From Octopus sinensis (Eukaryota), in contig NC_042998.1 of the NCBI RefSeq assembly GCF_006345805.1, positions 140,864,001 to 140,928,000 of the forward strand: a stretch of DNA of 64,000 nucleotides, given 5' to 3'. Shown here piece after piece: positions 62,040-64,000 of the stretch. A program made the position numbers and the translations under genes. The notes beneath the pieces were generated by a model. The model saw nothing but the letters and a program-made list of their open reading frames with translations. It had not been told where the DNA came from and did not search any database. The stretch's first letter is position 1. Each line of letters begins with the position of its first letter.

Positions 62040-64000
62040 AAGAGACCATGAAGGGAGAGGTGAAGGCAGTTGTGAGAAAAGTAATTATAACTGGAATACC
62101 TTGGACGATAAGCTTGATTTTTCACAAAAGTATGACGTAGAAGAAAAATTCAACCATATAATAAAAAAATATTAAAGCCTGTACAGTGAGAACGATACAT
62201 AACAATAAAGATAGAATTAAACTAAGAGCACAATCAATCAACAATTGCGTTACATGTTCGAACATGGTTTTGTATTTTTGGTGTTGTGGTTGTTGTTTTC
62301 GCAGATCTTAAATGATACGGCTGTGTGGGTCGACGACCAGACCGATGTAATGTGTCAATAAACGATGAGCCAAGCGAAAGCTAAAAGTTTGAGTGGCGAT
62401 TTATAGAAAGTAGGATAAGCAAATTCTGATGCCAAACTCATTTTCGATTAATAAAGGCTAATTTGAAAGGTTTAAGAGATGTCTTAATTTGCACAACATT
62501 AAGATGATCGATGAAGCTGCTAGTGTTGTTCGAGAGGCTGCAACTAATTATCCCGAGAGAATGAGGAAATTTATTGCTGAATGAGACTATACACCAGAAT
62601 AAGAGGATGATGTTGATGTAGAACCAGTCATCACTCGCGAGCGAGTAAGGGTTTAATAATGCGTACCATATTTTGTTTTAGGTGCCTATGTAGTTGAAAG
62701 CAGACATAGACACCCTCTCGGCGCTCCCTGCTTTCGCTTCAGCATTACATCCAGGATACAATAACTGGAGGATAAGATAACTGCACCAGCACTCAGCTGG
62801 TACTCATTTTCTGTTGAGTAGACTGGAACAACAGGGTTACAGTTACCACCCGGTTTTGGAATTGAACCCACGACCTTATGGTCATGAACCGAGTACTCCT
62901 AATCTTTAAGCTACGCTCCACCATGACATTGTGGATGAAACTGGAATTTTCTGGATTTACCTATTAAGGCCCATGTTTCTGACGAGGAAATTCAGCATCA
63001 GTCATTAAAACTTCCAAAAATTACCTGCTTTTTTTGTAGGAGGAAACGTTGCAGATGAAATAAAATGAAAACCCTTAATTAAGTATTACTACTCCATGAA
63101 TCCAAGGCATTTCAGGATTCTACTAAGTTTAATCTGCCTGCAATTAAAAAGGCTTGGATGACTGTTTGTAAGACTGATTTACTAACTAATTTTTGTTCAG
63201 GTGTAGAAATGTACAGTCACATTTGTAATATTGATTTCAAATTTTGACACAAAGCCAGCAAGTTTGAGGGAGGAGGCTAGTCAATTACACCGATCCCAGG
63301 GATCAACTGGTACTTACTTTATCGACTTCGAAAGGATGAAAAGCAAAGTCGACCTCGGCGGAATTTGAACTCAGAACGCAAAAGTCGTTAAGCATTCTGC
63401 CCGGCGCGCTAACGATTCTGCCAGCTCACCACTCTAGTATATTGCTTCTGCAATACATATACTAAAAATACTAAAATAATTCTAACAAAGTATTTCTACT
63501 TTTAGACAATGCATCACACCACCCTGTGAACTTCCTGATAATGAGGCTGGAATTTATCCCTAAGAAAATGCTACTTATCTGTTCCAACCAATGTATCCAA
63601 GTGAGATAGCTACCTTCAATGCATGTTGTCTGAGAAGAACTTTGAAACAATTTATGAACGCAATTGACAAGAAAGGGTAAACTGACATTTAGGAACCATT
63701 CTGGGAGAAGTTTATCACTTCGGCTGCAGTGGATAACATAGATGGAGAATAGAACGATGTGAAACGCTAAGTTTTGAATGGTGTTTAACAAAACATATGG
63801 TCAGACTGTATCCGTAACATTACAGGTGTCCACAAACAGTAACTCTATACCAAGTTCAGCCAGAGTTTCTGACTCTCGGAACTGATGCAGAGTTTATAGA
63901 AATTATAGATGTTGCTGTTGGGTTACCAAGGCTCCATAAAGCAAATGAGGAGCTGATGATGTTAGTACAAGAGCGAGCTGCAGAACAACAAACGGCTATA
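62040..64000 (+). pseudogene. Tigger/pogo (CENP-B-like HTH + DDE_1) transposase fossil, interrupted by SINEs, running off the window
   Basis: TLDDKLDF (HTH); NKG*FERFKRCLNLHNIKMIDEAAS..EAATNYP; GGNVADE..KP; KAWMT; KVFLLLDNASHHP; LFQPM..SEIATF; FWEKF; ANEELMML. Multiple stops and frameshifts. Confidence 0.85.
63240..63435 (-). mobile_element. Family A SINE inserted in the Tigger transposase
   Basis: aaaggatgaaaagcaaagtcgacctcggcggaatttgaactcagaacg...gctaacgattctgccagctc, CpGs retained. Confidence 0.9.

Overview
AT-rich animal genomic DNA packed with microsatellites and transposable elements. The SINE families and (TA)n/(CA)n load resemble an Octopus/coleoid cephalopod genome; this is an inference from memory, not a database match. 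No intact, nameable host gene was found, only a few candidate exons and two CpG-rich promoter-like zones. Recognisable elements: a near-full-length but frameshifted Penelope-like retroelement (RT + GIY-YIG, Neptune-type) at 52.2-56.1 kb with a second 3' fragment at 12.8-13.5 kb; RTE, R4/Dong and CR1/L2-like LINE fossils; a Tigger/pogo transposase fossil; piggyBac, hAT and Tigger MITEs; and four tRNA-derived SINE families (labelled A-D here). The most notable find is a head-to-head palindromic element at 8719-9199, built from a tRNA-like Pol III head plus a minimal hammerhead ribozyme and flanked by a 12-bp target-site duplication. A second, centre-collapsed insertion with the same arm asymmetry and its own 12-bp TSD lies at 58695-58828. 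Also notable: a near-perfect 62-bp hairpin at 34494-34626, variant-core hammerheads in the Penelope 3' ends, and a chimeric direct+inverted local duplication at 22.1-24.6 kb.
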